Of a stretch of 64,000 nt of DNA, positions 38,431-51,170 are shown in pieces. The first letter of the stretch is position 1. The number at the start of each line of letters is the position of its first letter. Source of the stretch: the human T2T-CHM13v2.0 reference genome, Homo sapiens; assembly GCF_009914755.1 (NCBI RefSeq), contig NC_060934.1. One strand, given 5' to 3'. Below the pieces are notes generated by a model. The model had not been told where the DNA came from, did no database searches, and saw only the letters and a list, made by a program, of their open reading frames with translations. The translations under genes and the position numbers were made by a program.

Positions 38431-38725
38431 TAATTAATTAATTAATTTATTTGTTTTTGAGACAGAGTTTCCCTCTGTCACCCATGCTGGCGCTATCTCT
38501 ACTCACTGCAACCTCTGCGTCCCTGCCTCAAGTGATTCTCGTGCCTCAGCCTCCCGAGTAGCTAGGATTACAGGCATGCGCCACCATGCCCTGCTAATAT
38601 TTGTATTTTTAGTACAGATGGGTTTTCGCAATGTTGGCCATGCTCAAACTCCTGGCCTCAAGTGATCCGCTAGCCTTGGCCTCCCAAAGTACTAGGATTA
38701 TAGGTGTGAGTCACCATGCCCGGCC
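38431..38725 (-). mobile_element. Alu (AluS/J), with small internal deletions and a (TAAT)n tail
   Basis: Both arms present; TSD cagactatagcaYtcactaaat at 38409-38430 and 38726-38747. Confidence 0.95.
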
Positions 38726-38938
38726 CAGACTATAGCATTCACTAAATTTAATTTTCAACTCACAAAAGGTCTTATGACATGCAATTCAAAATGCCTTAAA
38801 TTGGTAGCATTTGGAATAAGTGTAAGGAGTTTTTTTAATGAAAGGGTACACTAGAATGAAATTGAGATGAAAATAAGACAGTTATAAGAATGGACTATGC
38901 ATAATTAGTATAGATATTGTTTTGTGAATTTTTATTTC

Positions 38939-38940
<2 letters not shown>

Positions 38941-38986
<46 letters not shown>
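38941..38986. repeat. (GT)23 microsatellite
   Basis: Read directly. Confidence 0.97.
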
Positions 38987-38990
<4 letters not shown>

Positions 38991-39250
38991 TAGCATAAGC
39001 AAGGTTACATTTGGTTGTGGTTAGAAATGTGATTAATGTAACTGGAGAAAATAAAGAATCCTTAGGAAAGTACCCCATTGCCTTTCAAATGGCAATTTCC
39101 AGAAGTTTTTCAGTTCTGGTTCTGGTTATGTCAGTAACAGTGGGCAAATTAGATTACTGTTCTGGACCTAGGTGTGTCCACAAGCATAAAATTTAAAGTG
39201 ATGATTAACAGGATTAAGGGGATTTATATAATTATAAATTATAGAATTGA

Positions 39251-39282
<32 letters not shown>
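39251..39282. repeat. (GT)n microsatellite
   Basis: Read directly. Confidence 0.95.
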
Positions 39283-39286
<4 letters not shown>

Positions 39287-40208
39287 ATGAATATACTCAG
39301 TCATGTATGTAAGTTAAGGGTTATATTGTAAAAGATATCTTAGAATTTTAATCATTGAACTTCTGTGACTGCAGTTGAACAAAACTGTAAATGATAGAGT
39401 TTAACTGGCAAGTTACTCATACAATACTACTTATACTTTAAGAGTAAAGAAACAAAACAAATTCATATAGTGATAAACAGTAATGCTGACATCTACAAGT
39501 AAGAGTTTAAAATACTTTGTAGTGAAAGAGGTATCTTACTCTGAATTAGGTAGTATGGTCACAAAAGTATTAGAAAAGAGCCAGGAAATGGTTAGCCCTT
39601 AGTCCAAGCCAAAAAGTCCTTAAAATTCAAATTTATTGTTATGAAATGTTTTCTTATTATAGTTAAAGTTTATAGGGTAACTCATAATACCTCTAAAATT
39701 TGTTCTACTCTATAATATTGTGATTCCAAATAATTAAAGTTTAGTTTAATTTTAACTATAAATGATATAGTAAAACCATTATTTGATTATTTATAAACAT
39801 ATGTCCCAAATTAAGCATTAATTAAATAAGTACACTGCATAAAAATATTTTTTAATCTGAAAATATGTACATGGATTTAATTTACATCATGTGTATTTTA
39901 TTCCTAACAAAACTAATTCCTTTTAAATATCTTTTATAATATTTACATAGTGGCCAAATTTTTTATTCCAAAATCCAGAATATAATACGAAAAAATTAAT
40001 TTTTGGATGAAACAAAATGGTAGCACAACAGCTGTTTTAAGGTTATCATCCCTTCATACAGGTTATCAAGAGAGTTAACTGAAGTGATGGTTTTGTTTCT
40101 CACCTCCTTCTATGTGTAGGAGAGAACATAAATCTCACATCACCCATTCAGGCTTCTGTCTAACCTTCATACAGCTCTATCAAGACAACTCTGGTAATAA
40201 ATATCTGA

Positions 40209-40598
<390 letters not shown>

Positions 40599-41299
40599 AA
40601 GTCTCAGACAGTTTTTAGTTTAATTTTACTGAAGCAGTCTATGAATGCTGACAAGCAAAAGCAAATTGATTTGCTATGTCTGCTAACTGCTTTACTAGTA
40701 TCAGCACCAAAGCCCCAATATTTATTCAGTTTTGCCTTCCATATTTCTTGTCACACTTTAATGATTTATTGTCACATTCGCCTGTACTTAATAGTGTCAT
40801 TTACATGCTCCTAATAAAATATTTTCTAGATTCATCTGTCCCATACAAAAATGTAGTTGAAAGGCATGGGCTGAAAGTCTGGTAACTTAAGTTTGAACTC
40901 TTGCTTCCTAAATTTCTTGTAACCCTCCTTAATGAAGGGAAGCTATAATGAAGTTATAGCTTCATGTGTACATTTATTTAACTAATACCTGTTCAGTGTC
41001 TCTTATGCCACAACGAGGTTTTTAGGGGATACAACGATGAACAAAGTTCTAGACCTCCTGAACTTACAGGTGACCCTTAAAGCAGATTTGAAGGGAGTGG
41101 GTCCACTTATTCCTCATACACAGATTTTCTTTTGCCTCTTCCAGTCCTGAGACACTAAGACCAAACCCTCCTCTTCCCCATCCTCCTCAGACTCAATGTG
41201 AAGATGATGAGGATAAAGACCATTATCATGGCCCATTTCCACTTAATAATAGTAAATACACTTTCTCTTCCTCATGATTTTCTTAATACCATTTTCTTT

Positions 41300-42286
41300 T
41301 TAAATTCATTATTCACTGTTTTTTTCAACTTTTAGAATCAGTGCATACATGTGCAGGTTTGCTACAAAGATATATTGCATGATGCTGAAGTTTGGAGTAC
41401 AAATGAATCCATCACCCAGATAGTAAGCATAATAATCAGTAAGTAGTTTTTTCAACTCTTACTCCCCTCTCCCACTTCTTGTATTCCCTAGTGTCTACTG
41501 TTCCCATTTTTATGACCATGTGTACTCAATATTTAGCTTCCACTTATAAGTGAGAACATGCAGTATTTGGTTTTCTGTCTCTGAATTAGTTTGCTTAGGC
41601 TAATGGTTTCTAGCTTTATACATGTTGCTACAAAGAACATGATTTTATTATTTTTTATGGCTGTGTAGTATTTCATGGTGTATATATACTACATTTTCTT
41701 TATCCAATTCACTGCTGATGGGCACCTGTATTGATTCCATGCCTCTGCCACTGTGAATAGTGCTGCAAAATCAATCTACAAAAATCAGTAACATTTATAT
41801 ACACCAATAATGTTCAAGCTAGGAGCCATGAAGAATGCAACCCCGTTTACAATAGTCACAAAAGGAATAAATACCTAAGAATATAGATAACCAAAAATGT
41901 TAAAGATGTCTACAATGAGAATTACAAAATACTACTGAAAGAAATGAGATGATGCAAATGAATGGAAAAATACCCATGCTCATGGATTGGAAGAATTAAC
42001 ATCAGTCAAATAGCCATACTTCCCAAAGCAATTTAGAGATTCAATGCTATTCCTATCAAACTGCCAGTGTCATTTTCCACAAAATTAGAAAAAAAATTTC
42101 TAAAATTCATATGGAACCAAAAAAGAGCCTAAATAGCCAAAGCAATCCTAAACAGAAAGCAGAAAGCCAGAAGTATCACGTTATCTAACTTCACAAAATA
42201 CTACACGACTACTGCACCCAAAACAGCATGGTACTGGTAGAAAAGCAGACACATAGACCAATGAAACAGAATAGAGAAGCCAGAAA
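41300..42286 (-). mobile_element. L1PA15/16-like, 5'-truncated with inversion (3'UTR on - at 41300-41767; ORF2 piece on + at 41768-42286)
   Basis: Strand switch at ...gtgaatagtgctgc|aaaatcaatctacaaaaatcag; degenerate TSD ttaataccattttcttt / ttaataatattttattt. Confidence 0.85.
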
Positions 42287-42303
42287 TTAATAATATTTTA
42301 TTT

Positions 42304-42603
42304 ATTTATTTATTTATTTATTTATTTTGAGATGGAGTCTTGCATTGTTGACCGGGCTGGAGTTCAGTGGCGTGAGCTCGGCTCACTGCAACCTCTGCCT
42401 CCTGGGTTCAAGTGATTCTCCTGCCTCAGCCTCCTGAGTAGCTGGGATTACAGGTGCCTGCCACCACTCCCAGCTAGTTTTTTTATTTTTAGCAGAGACG
42501 GGTTTTCACCATGTTGGCGGCTCTCGAACTCCTGACCTCGTGATTAGCTCGCCTCGGCCTCCCAAAGTGCTGGGATTCCAGGCGTGAGCCACCTCACCTG
42601 GCC
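42304..42603 (-). mobile_element. AluS (AluSg-like) with (TTTA)n tail
   Basis: gcaacctctgcctcctgggttcaagtgattctcc and ctgacctcgtgat; TSD aatattttattt. Confidence 0.92.
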
Positions 42604-45600
42604 AATATTTTATTTTCTCTAGCTTACTTTATTATAAGACTATAATGTAAAATACATATAACATACAAAATATGGGATAATTGATTTTTTATGTTATTAG
42701 TGAGGATTCTGGTCTCTTGCAGGTTATTATTAGTTAAGCTTTTAGGAAGTCAAAAGTCACATGCATATTTTTGACTACGTGTGGAGTGGGAGCCCCTAAG
42801 GCTCGTGTTGTTCAAGGGTCAACTATATATTTTAGAAAATGAAAAGACAATCAACAAGCAATTAATTAATACTGTAACAGCTGGTGGCATTTTTCCCTTT
42901 GAAAAAAAATATAGTAAAATGATGGAGAAGAAGAATCTGAAGTTGTTGTAAATTGAATGAACACTTCTAACATAGAATCAAAGTCAAATATTTTTACATC
43001 TGTCTTTTTCTTATGTTTCCTAACTCATATAGAAAGGGATTTTATTCATTTGATCTGTTAGGGTGTAGATTTCTGTACTGTGCTCTGTCTGTATTTATTC
43101 CAGCTTAGGTGAGCTCTGATACTTATTTCTCTAAGCTTTAGAGTTTGTTGAAAGAAAAAGTTTACCTGGAATTAGTGATCTTTAAAAATTATCTACTATC
43201 AATTGTTGAAAGATTCTGTTTTTTTCTAGCATTCTTTTCTAAATGGCTTCTTCTCACATTTGAAAGGGTATTAACTAAACTGATGTTGATTCCTAGCATA
43301 TAGATTATTTTCCTATTTGAAAGTGAAAAAAACCAAGATGCAAAAAAGAATAACAGTTAATAAGTGTAGGAACTCAAATTTGATTCACAATTTGTGTAAA
43401 TCCAAAGCTTACCACAAATACACCACTTCACTACATAATCCTACAGAATCATTCTTCTTAGAGTCCACTAAATAGGTTTTTAAAAAATTGCTTATATATA
43501 TTGTTGTCTTTTAAATAATCACAGTTCATATTTCTAATATGTTTGTGTGAAGGTTGTTGTAAAATAAATAATATTCCAGGCACAGGTGACCTTACAAAAG
43601 CAGTATTTTGAACTCTGTTTTTATATAGGTGTGCTTCAGTGGGTTTTATATAAGCCACTTGAGTGTAGTGATATTTTTCCAAATGTTTGAAAAACATCTG
43701 AAACTCCAGTTCAATCAGTACTTCAATAAATACGTAGCATTGACTAAGTCAACAAGTCTCAGTTACGGATCTCACTTTGACATTACCTATCCTTCTACCT
43801 TATTCCTTAAAACATGTTTTCCATTACATTTGTCTTTTTCATGAGAGTAAAGGGATTGAAATTTTAAAAGTGTGGGTGCATATACACATTTAACACAAAA
43901 AATGCTTGGTTGTCAATACATCTTTTAAAAATGATTTTATTTTCTCAATGAGATTTTATTGAAGAGAAATGTAGAGGGGAGGAATATTTATTTGTCTGCT
44001 AAAAGAACACAGAGCACTGGCAAAAGACCCATTGACATAATCTGGTTGTTCAACTTGGGCAAAAACACTGCATTCAATCATTCAACATTCTCTATGACTT
44101 CCATTATCCGGTTTACTAGAACGTTGTAAGTGTCTCCATTCAGCAATATATTGTAAAAAGTCTGGGAGGAATGAGTTAAATAAAAATTCATACAAACAAA
44201 TGGAAACTTTTTTATGTTATAAACTGAGTTTAGAAAAGGGGATTATTTTGCATTTTCAAATTAAATTGACACAAATCAGAAATAAATTCTTAATAATTAT
44301 TTCAAGGATTAAGACAACTTTCTGCTCAGATGAAGCAGAGAGAGAGCTGAACCATTGAGAGGACTCCCTAGTTCCTTTATTTTTCCTGCATTTGACATGT
44401 GCTTGCTGGTCAAGAATAAAAGATAAATCTGTAAGTGAGGCTATAGGGTTATTACCTCACAGGCCAAGTGATACATTTAGGCTCTGAAGCATCTCAATTT
44501 TTTCAGCCCCAGAGACTTGTATAGCTTACTTGACATTCTTCAGGGAGAAATGCCTCATAGATCGATGGATTCTTAGTTTATTTACTGTAAGTAATCCTTT
44601 GCCAGGGATATAGTGATAGGAGAATTTTATAGATAAAGGTTCTTCCTGCTAAGAAATATCATTAGTATGTTTACCTAGAGGACCATTTGGCAAGAGGATT
44701 GGAACAGTTCCTACTCTTTTTCTTTCCCCCAAGACATCCTCCCAGTAAAGACAGTGAATAGGTAACAAGCCAGTCACTTTAATTCTCTCCATTCCATGTA
44801 TAATGAAGGAGAAAGATGGATATGATTATTGACCCACATTTTTTAAAACAATATTCAAAGTTTTCTTTATTTAGTATTTGTTTATTGACCGAATAGCTAG
44901 GGTACTGGGAAAAATACATAAAACAATTATCATAAAGCATTAGACTGTAGGAAGCATAGGACTATGGTTTTTAAGCAAAGAGAAACACATGGTACGAGTT
45001 TTATGACCATCCCAGGGAGCTTCCTAGAGCCACATCAGGATAATAACAAAAGGAGAGGGATACCAAGAAGAGCACAGTGGTCTGTCTGGGTTAAGAAGAG
45101 AAATTAAATTCCATGAGGTTTATGGTTAAGTCTTTAATCCATTTGGAGTTGTTTAGTATACAGTGTGAGATAAGGTCCAATGTTATTCTTCTGAATGGGA
45201 ATATCCATTTTTAGCAACATGATTTATTGAAGAGACTGCCCTTTCCCCATGTAAAAAATAATTTCTGAGATTTCTATTCTCTTCTATTTCTATTTCTATC
45301 TATTCTATCTCTATTCTGTTCTGTTCTATCTGGGATTCTGTTCTGTTAGCCTGCATGTCTGGTTGTATACCAATACCATGTTGTTTTGACTACAATAGCT
45401 TTGTAGTATACTCTGAAATCAGGTAGTATGATGTCTTCAGCTTTGTCCCTTTTGCTTCAGATTGCTATGGTTATTCAAGTCTTTTTGTGATTCTATATAA
45501 ATTTTAGAATTACTTTTACCAATGTCTGTGAAAATTGTTAGTGGAATATGATAGGGGTTACATATGATCTAACACTGTAAAACTACTAAAAGAAAACTTC

Positions 45601-45640
45601 ATGATATTGGTCTGGGCAATTGATATTTTGAATATGACCT

Positions 45641-46213
45641 TGTGAGGGCCAAGGTTCTTGGACCCCTAAGGGTTTATTGAAAATTACTGATATGAGGGAA
45701 ATTGAATAATAGGAGAAAAGGGATATAACTTTAGTTAATGTGTACATACAGGAAGCATCTTTTTAATGAGTTATAGAAATTTATATTTCATTTTGAGGTT
45801 ACAGAAAGAATGGGGGCTTGGATCCTTAAAAATATGTTATGGGAGGAGGTAGAAGAGGAATTTTATTGAGGGGCAATAAATGGTTACTATGGAGAATGAA
45901 TGGATCCATGGCTCTGAAAACAGACATCAACTTGTTAATAGTTTTCTTTGGAGTTTAAATTATCCTTGGAGATATTCATTATATTTGTAAAAGAATCTGT
46001 TTAGGTGTGAGGGTCACATTTTTGTCTTTTTCCCCTCCCCCCTCCAAGAAGATAGAACAACTTTTCTTTTTGGTACATATGGATCTTAGACAGATAAAGG
46101 AATTTTAACTTCTATGGGAGAAAAGATGGGGGATGTCAGAAAGACTTTGAAGTATTTTTAGTTCAGTATGTCAAAGTGCCATATTTGGGAGAATTGAATT
46201 CTGAACCCCAACA
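45641..46213 (-). mobile_element. MER39/MER34-group ERV1 solo LTR
   Basis: Ends gttcagtatgtcaaagtgccatatttggg...ttctgaaccccaaca; perfect TSD acct. Confidence 0.8.
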
Positions 46214-46801
46214 ACCTCAAAATACAAGCAACAAAGAGAAGGTAGACAAATAGGTTTATATCAAACTAAAAATCTTGCGCAGTAAAGGAAACAATTCTGT
46301 TGGTATATAGGTCTGTAGAAAAAGACAACCTGTGGAAAAAGAAAATAATTGCAAACTGTAATCTGATAAGAAATTAAAATCCAAAATATATAAGGAACTT
46401 AAGCAACTCAATAGCAAGAAAACAAACAATTAAAACATTGACCAAGAATTTGAATAAGTATTTCTCAAAATAAGACATACAAATGACCTGGAAGTATGTG
46501 AAAAACTGCTGAATTTCACTAATCATCAGGAAAATGAAAATTAAAACCACATATCACATCCCACTTGTTAGAATGGTTATTATCAAATAGATGAATGATA
46601 ACAAAGGTTGGCAAGGATGTGTAGAAAAGGGATCACTTGTACATTCTTGATGAGAATATAAGCTATTACAGCCATTATAGGAAACAGTGGGTTCCTCAAA
46701 ATATCAAAAATAGAGCAACTATATGATACAAGGATCATACTTCTGTCTATATAATCAAAAGAAATGAAATCAGTAAGTCAAAGAGATATTTGTAATCCTA
46801 T

Positions 46802-47378
46802 TGCTGACCACAGGTTCTTGGGCTCTCAATGTAATAGAAATTGACATGAGATCAAAAGAGTTTTCCTAGACAAGGCTTTATTGGACCTTATACCTGGGCA
46901 TGAGGGCAGGTAGCACAAGGGAGAATTTTCTGGCTGGCTCCGAGAGATAGTCAGGAGAGTAATTTTTAAGGGACTAAAGAGGAAAGGGAGTAACTTTTAA
47001 GCAAGTAGAGGTGGGGAACTTCTGGTAACTGCACAGTTTGGTTACATAGGTTTAAATGTGTCACATTTCTGATCAGCATGTTAAATCTCCACCCTCAAAT
47101 GTGATCTGAGTATTATAATGAAGTTCAAGTGAAGGACTGATCATTCTTCTGATCTTGTATGCATTTGGGAGATAAGATTATCTCCCTTGAGTAAGATTTA
47201 TAGTGAGAGTTGTTTATTTTAGCTTCCTCAAGGTCTTGCAATCAGTAGGTATGACGGCTTGAGCAAGATTTGTAGTGCAAGATCTAGAAGGTCTGGTTGA
47301 GGACCCCCACAGGGCTCTCCTCTCCACGAGCTTGCAATAGAGGGGAGGGGGTGTGAGTCCTATCCCTACTCTGTCTCA
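46802..47378 (-). mobile_element. ERV1 solo LTR (LTR35/36-like, subfamily uncertain)
   Basis: tgctgaccacaggttcttgggc ... ccctactctgtctca; perfect TSD ctat. Confidence 0.75.
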
Positions 47379-47792
47379 CTATTATATTTATTGAAGCATT
47401 ATTCACAATAGCCAAGATATGGAATTAACTTAGGTGTCCATTAAAGAATGAATAGATCGAGAAAACATGATGTATATATGCAATGCAATATCATTTAGAC
47501 ATAAAAAATAAAATCATGTTATTTGCAACAACATGGATGAACCTGGAGGACATTATGTTAAGGAAATAAACCAGACACATAAATATGAATACCACATGAT
47601 CTCACTTATATGTAGAATATGAAAGACTTGAACTAATAGAAGCAGGGAGTAGTATGGTGAATACCAGGAGCTGGCAGCAGGAAAAGATTGGGGAGATGTT
47701 GGTCAAAGAATGCAAAGTTTCAGTTAGACAGAAAAAATAAGTTCAAGAGATCCATTGTACAATATAGTGACCATAGTCACTATTTTTTGTAT

Positions 47793-48540
47793 TGAGGACT
47801 AAATTCTGATTTTTTATCTTGCCCAAATTCCTGTCTAAGGAGTCTGAGAAGTCATGCCCTACAAACCGTAAGTTTTCATCAGATGGGTTTTATTTAACCC
47901 TATATACCATGACTTAACTTTCCAGCCTGACTCTGGCATAACATTACGAGACAAGGAAGAAAATCTAAATATTTTACCCCAATAACATCACATTTTGAAA
48001 TGGTCCTGCAAGCTGACCTTTGTAGGGGGAAATTCACATCTGTAAAGAATCCCTATTAACATAGCTAGACCTTTTCCTTCCAGGCCCCTTCAATTCTAAA
48101 TAGATTGAGAGTCTAGCACCTTATAAAGGGTCTGAATAGGAAACATTTGCCGTCTATTTTTTCTAAGGGCAGCCACTATGAGGCTTCAAAAGAACCTTGT
48201 CTCCATAATCTTCTATCTTAACCTGAACATTTCCTTTCTATTGATCCCAGGTCCTTAGTCAAAACTCAACTGTGAACCAGAAAATGTGAAAATTTACCTA
48301 TAGCCTGGAAGCCCCTGCTTCAAGTTGTTCTGCCTTTCAGGAACAAACCGATGTATGGTAAATGTATTTGGTTGATGTCTCATGTCTCTCTAAAATGTAT
48401 AAAACCAAGCTGCACCCCAACCACCTTGGGCACATGTTTTCAGGACCTCCTGAGGGATCTGTCACAGGTCATGGTCACTGCTAATTGGCTCAGAATAAAG
48501 TTCTTTAATATTTTACAGAGTTTGAGTCTTTTCATCGACA
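47793..48540 (+). mobile_element. MER4E-like ERV1 solo LTR
   Basis: tgaggactaaattctgatttttt...tgcccaaattcc ... tattttacagagtttgagtcttttcatcgaca; perfect TSD gtat. Confidence 0.88.
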
Positions 48541-48756
48541 GTATACTTGAAAATTGCTGAGAGTAGATTTTAAGTGTTCTCACTCCAAAAAGTAAGTATG
48601 TGAAATAACGAATATGTTATTGAGTTGATTTAGCCATTCCACAATATATGCATACTTCAAAACAACATACTGTACACAATAAGTTGTATAAATTTTGTTT
48701 TCTGTTTAAAAATTTTAAAAATAAAAGTAAATAAATGAATTAATGTAAGTAAGAAC

Positions 48757-49240
48757 TGTAAGAGTTACATAAAGAGGAAAGAAACACAAAAAGTGACTCA
48801 ACAGTCAAAGACAGGTTTACTTTGGAGAATAAACCTGAGTGGGGCTTCTGGCTGATTTCAGTCAGGAGCACTCCCTCTTACAGACTAAGATTATTTAAGG
48901 GTTCAGGAAGAGAGAGCTTATCACAGGCTTGGAATGTTTCTGTGTGGAGGAGAAGTTTTTTGCCAGGTTGGGATGTTTCTGGTAGGAAGGGAGGTTATCT
49001 TGGGGCTGACATCTCTTTGGCCAGAGGGGAGATTATCTTGGGGCTGGCATGTTTATGGTCAAGGAGAGGTTTATCTTAGGGTTGGAATGTTTCTGTTCAG
49101 AGATGTCATTTGTGGTTTATGGTCATGTTGACATTAACCATTAGGCTGATGCCCTTTGGTTTGGATTTAGGCAGTTTTTGATCAACGAGAACTTTAAAAT
49201 TGTGGTGCTTGTCCAAGATGGCAATGCTCCTGCTCTGTCA
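48757..49240 (-). mobile_element. LTR15 (HERV15) solo LTR
   Basis: Ends gcttgtccaagatggcaatgctcctgctctgtca; internal repeats of about 38 bp containing ttatcttgggg; perfect TSD agaac. Confidence 0.85.
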
Positions 49241-49569
49241 AGAACAAAAATTAATGAAATGAAAAGCAAAAAAATAAAAAAATACATATTTTTTGTATAT
49301 AAAATATATATTTTTATGTATGAATTTTATATATATGTATGTGTGTGTACACACACACGTATAAATTCAGTGAGGCTGATGGGGCTGGAATTAGGTCACA
49401 CCTGGAGATAAGGTAATATGCACTAAAATATTCTAAACATCAGAATAGGAGTCATCTTGAATTTTTTTTGAATTTCTAATCCATGCATGCACTCTAAGCT
49501 AATAGTAAGCTTTGTGTGCATAGGTTGTAACTCCATGATGCCAGAAAAAAAAGCAACTGGGGACTTCAA

Positions 49570-50360
49570 AATATTTGTGTGGATATATATTCTCATTTAT
49601 CCTAGGTAAATACTTGGAGTACAATTACAGCAATATAGGGAAAGTGCTTGTTTACCCATCTCATAGAGGCTAATACCATTTAGAATGTCTCCAACCACCA
49701 GTATCTCACATTCCATCAACATTTGTATTTCCTTTTAACTTTAGACATTTGAATGGATGCTGAGTGGTTTTACATTGTGGTTTTAATTTGTTATTTCCCG
49801 ATACTGATGAATAATGTTGAGCATCTTCTCATATATTTAATGGCCATTCACATATCTTCTTTGGGAAATATCTTTGAAACTGTTGTCAATTTTCTACTAT
49901 TAATGTGTTTTATGTCTTTTTATTAAATGAATTGTAAGAGCTCTTATACTCTGAATGTAAGTACACACAAATAAAAAGAGAGAGATAGAAAGTATTTTCT
50001 CTGTATACATCGCCTTATTTTTTTTGTATCTGTGTCTTTCATAAAGCAATAGTACTTTTTAATTTTTGGAGGTAACTATTTATTATTTTTCATTTTACAT
50101 TTTGTGCTTTCTTTTCCTCTATCTATAACCTAGTGCACAGTCCAAAAGAATCCTTCTTCTACTTTTCTGTAGCATTTTATTGTTTTCTCTTATAGATTTA
50201 GGCCTATAATTCATTTCAAGTTAATCCGTCACACTGAATGAGGTAATTGCTGAACATTAGTTCATCCATATGGATATAAAAATGTTCCAGCATAACTCAA
50301 TGTGAAGATTATCATCTTTCCACTAAATTACTTTAGCATATTTGTTGAAAACTGATTGAC
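49570..50360 (-). mobile_element. Old L1M ORF2/3' relic
   Basis: cattgtggttttaatttg...aatgttgagcatcttctcatatatttaatggccattcacatatcttcttt. Confidence 0.65.
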
Positions 50361-50838
50361 AAAATTCACAGAAATTCAATATTTGGAAAGATAGAGTAAT
50401 ATGAATACTAGTTTCAGTTCCAGACTTAAATAGATTTGTGTCATTGCGAGTTATATTTTAAATTATTTGTTTTGTGTGTTTATTTAAAATTTTTCTGATA
50501 CATATCATTGTTACAGAATAAAGCAGGTACTTCATGTGAAAACATCTCACTTACTAAACTTGGTGTATTTTAGGTTCCCAACAAATATTTCAAACATCAT
50601 CCAATTTTATACATGAAAGCACAAACTTAAGATATTGACAGAGGCTTTTTATCAGCAATTGTGTTCATATTAAATTCACTCTTTTGCTGGAGACTGAATA
50701 CATATGCTTTATTTTTCATCTGTCAACTCCTGAATCCTTCTGAAGCTCATTTCAGATTTCAAGATCCTCTCAATATAGTTTATCCTACATTTTGCTCTTA
50801 CCTCAAACCTATATAGAATTTTTACTGGAAAATAATAA

Positions 50839-51170
50839 GGTCTTATTTATCTTGGGGCTACTCTAACAAAGTACCATAGACTGAGTGGCTTGTAAAGAAC
50901 AAAAACTTATTTCTGACAGATATCAGGGTGCCAATATGATTGTGTTCTGATAAGATCCCTCTTCCAGGGTGCAGACTGCTGTTTTCTTCTGTATCCTCAT
51001 ATTATGGAATAAGAATAAGAGAGCTCTCTTTCATAAGGGCACTAATCTCATTCATGAGGGCTTCATCCTCAAGACCTAATTACCTCCCCAAAGCATCCTC
51101 TACTATAACATTGGAAGTTAGGAGTTTAACATATAAATTTTGGTGGGACACAAAAATCCAGTTCATTGCA
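50839..51170 (-). mobile_element. MLT1A0-like MaLR LTR
   Basis: ctaacaaagtaccatagactgagtggcttgtaaa...aagggcactaatctcattcatgagggc...ttttggtgggacaca...ttcattgca. Confidence 0.85.

Larger units (their letters stand above)
41067..42825. mobile_element. Tigger2a/MER28 split by L1 and Alu insertions, itself within an L2 relic
   Basis: TA-caggtgacccttaa ... gttgttcaagggtcaacta-TA termini; internal ctcaatgtgaagatgatgaggataaagacc. Confidence 0.85.
45115..48735 (+). mobile_element. L1MA (about L1MA6-like), 5'-truncated with inverted 5' segment (45115-45570 on -), interrupted by three LTRs
   Basis: Strand switch at 45570/45571; 3' end gtatacttgaaaattgctgagagtagattttaagtgttctcac...gatttagccattccacaat. 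Confidence 0.85.

Noticed and set aside
40939-40963. 10-bp inverted repeat gaagctataa/ttatagcttc
   Set aside because: Isolated and short, with no associated junction or other support
44425-44800. Possible additional old LTR
   Set aside because: No family or TSD could be assigned with confidence
48925-49105. Regularly spaced repeats superficially like a CRISPR array
   Set aside because: Degenerate tandem units internal to LTR15 with no unique spacers, in eukaryotic DNA with no cas genes
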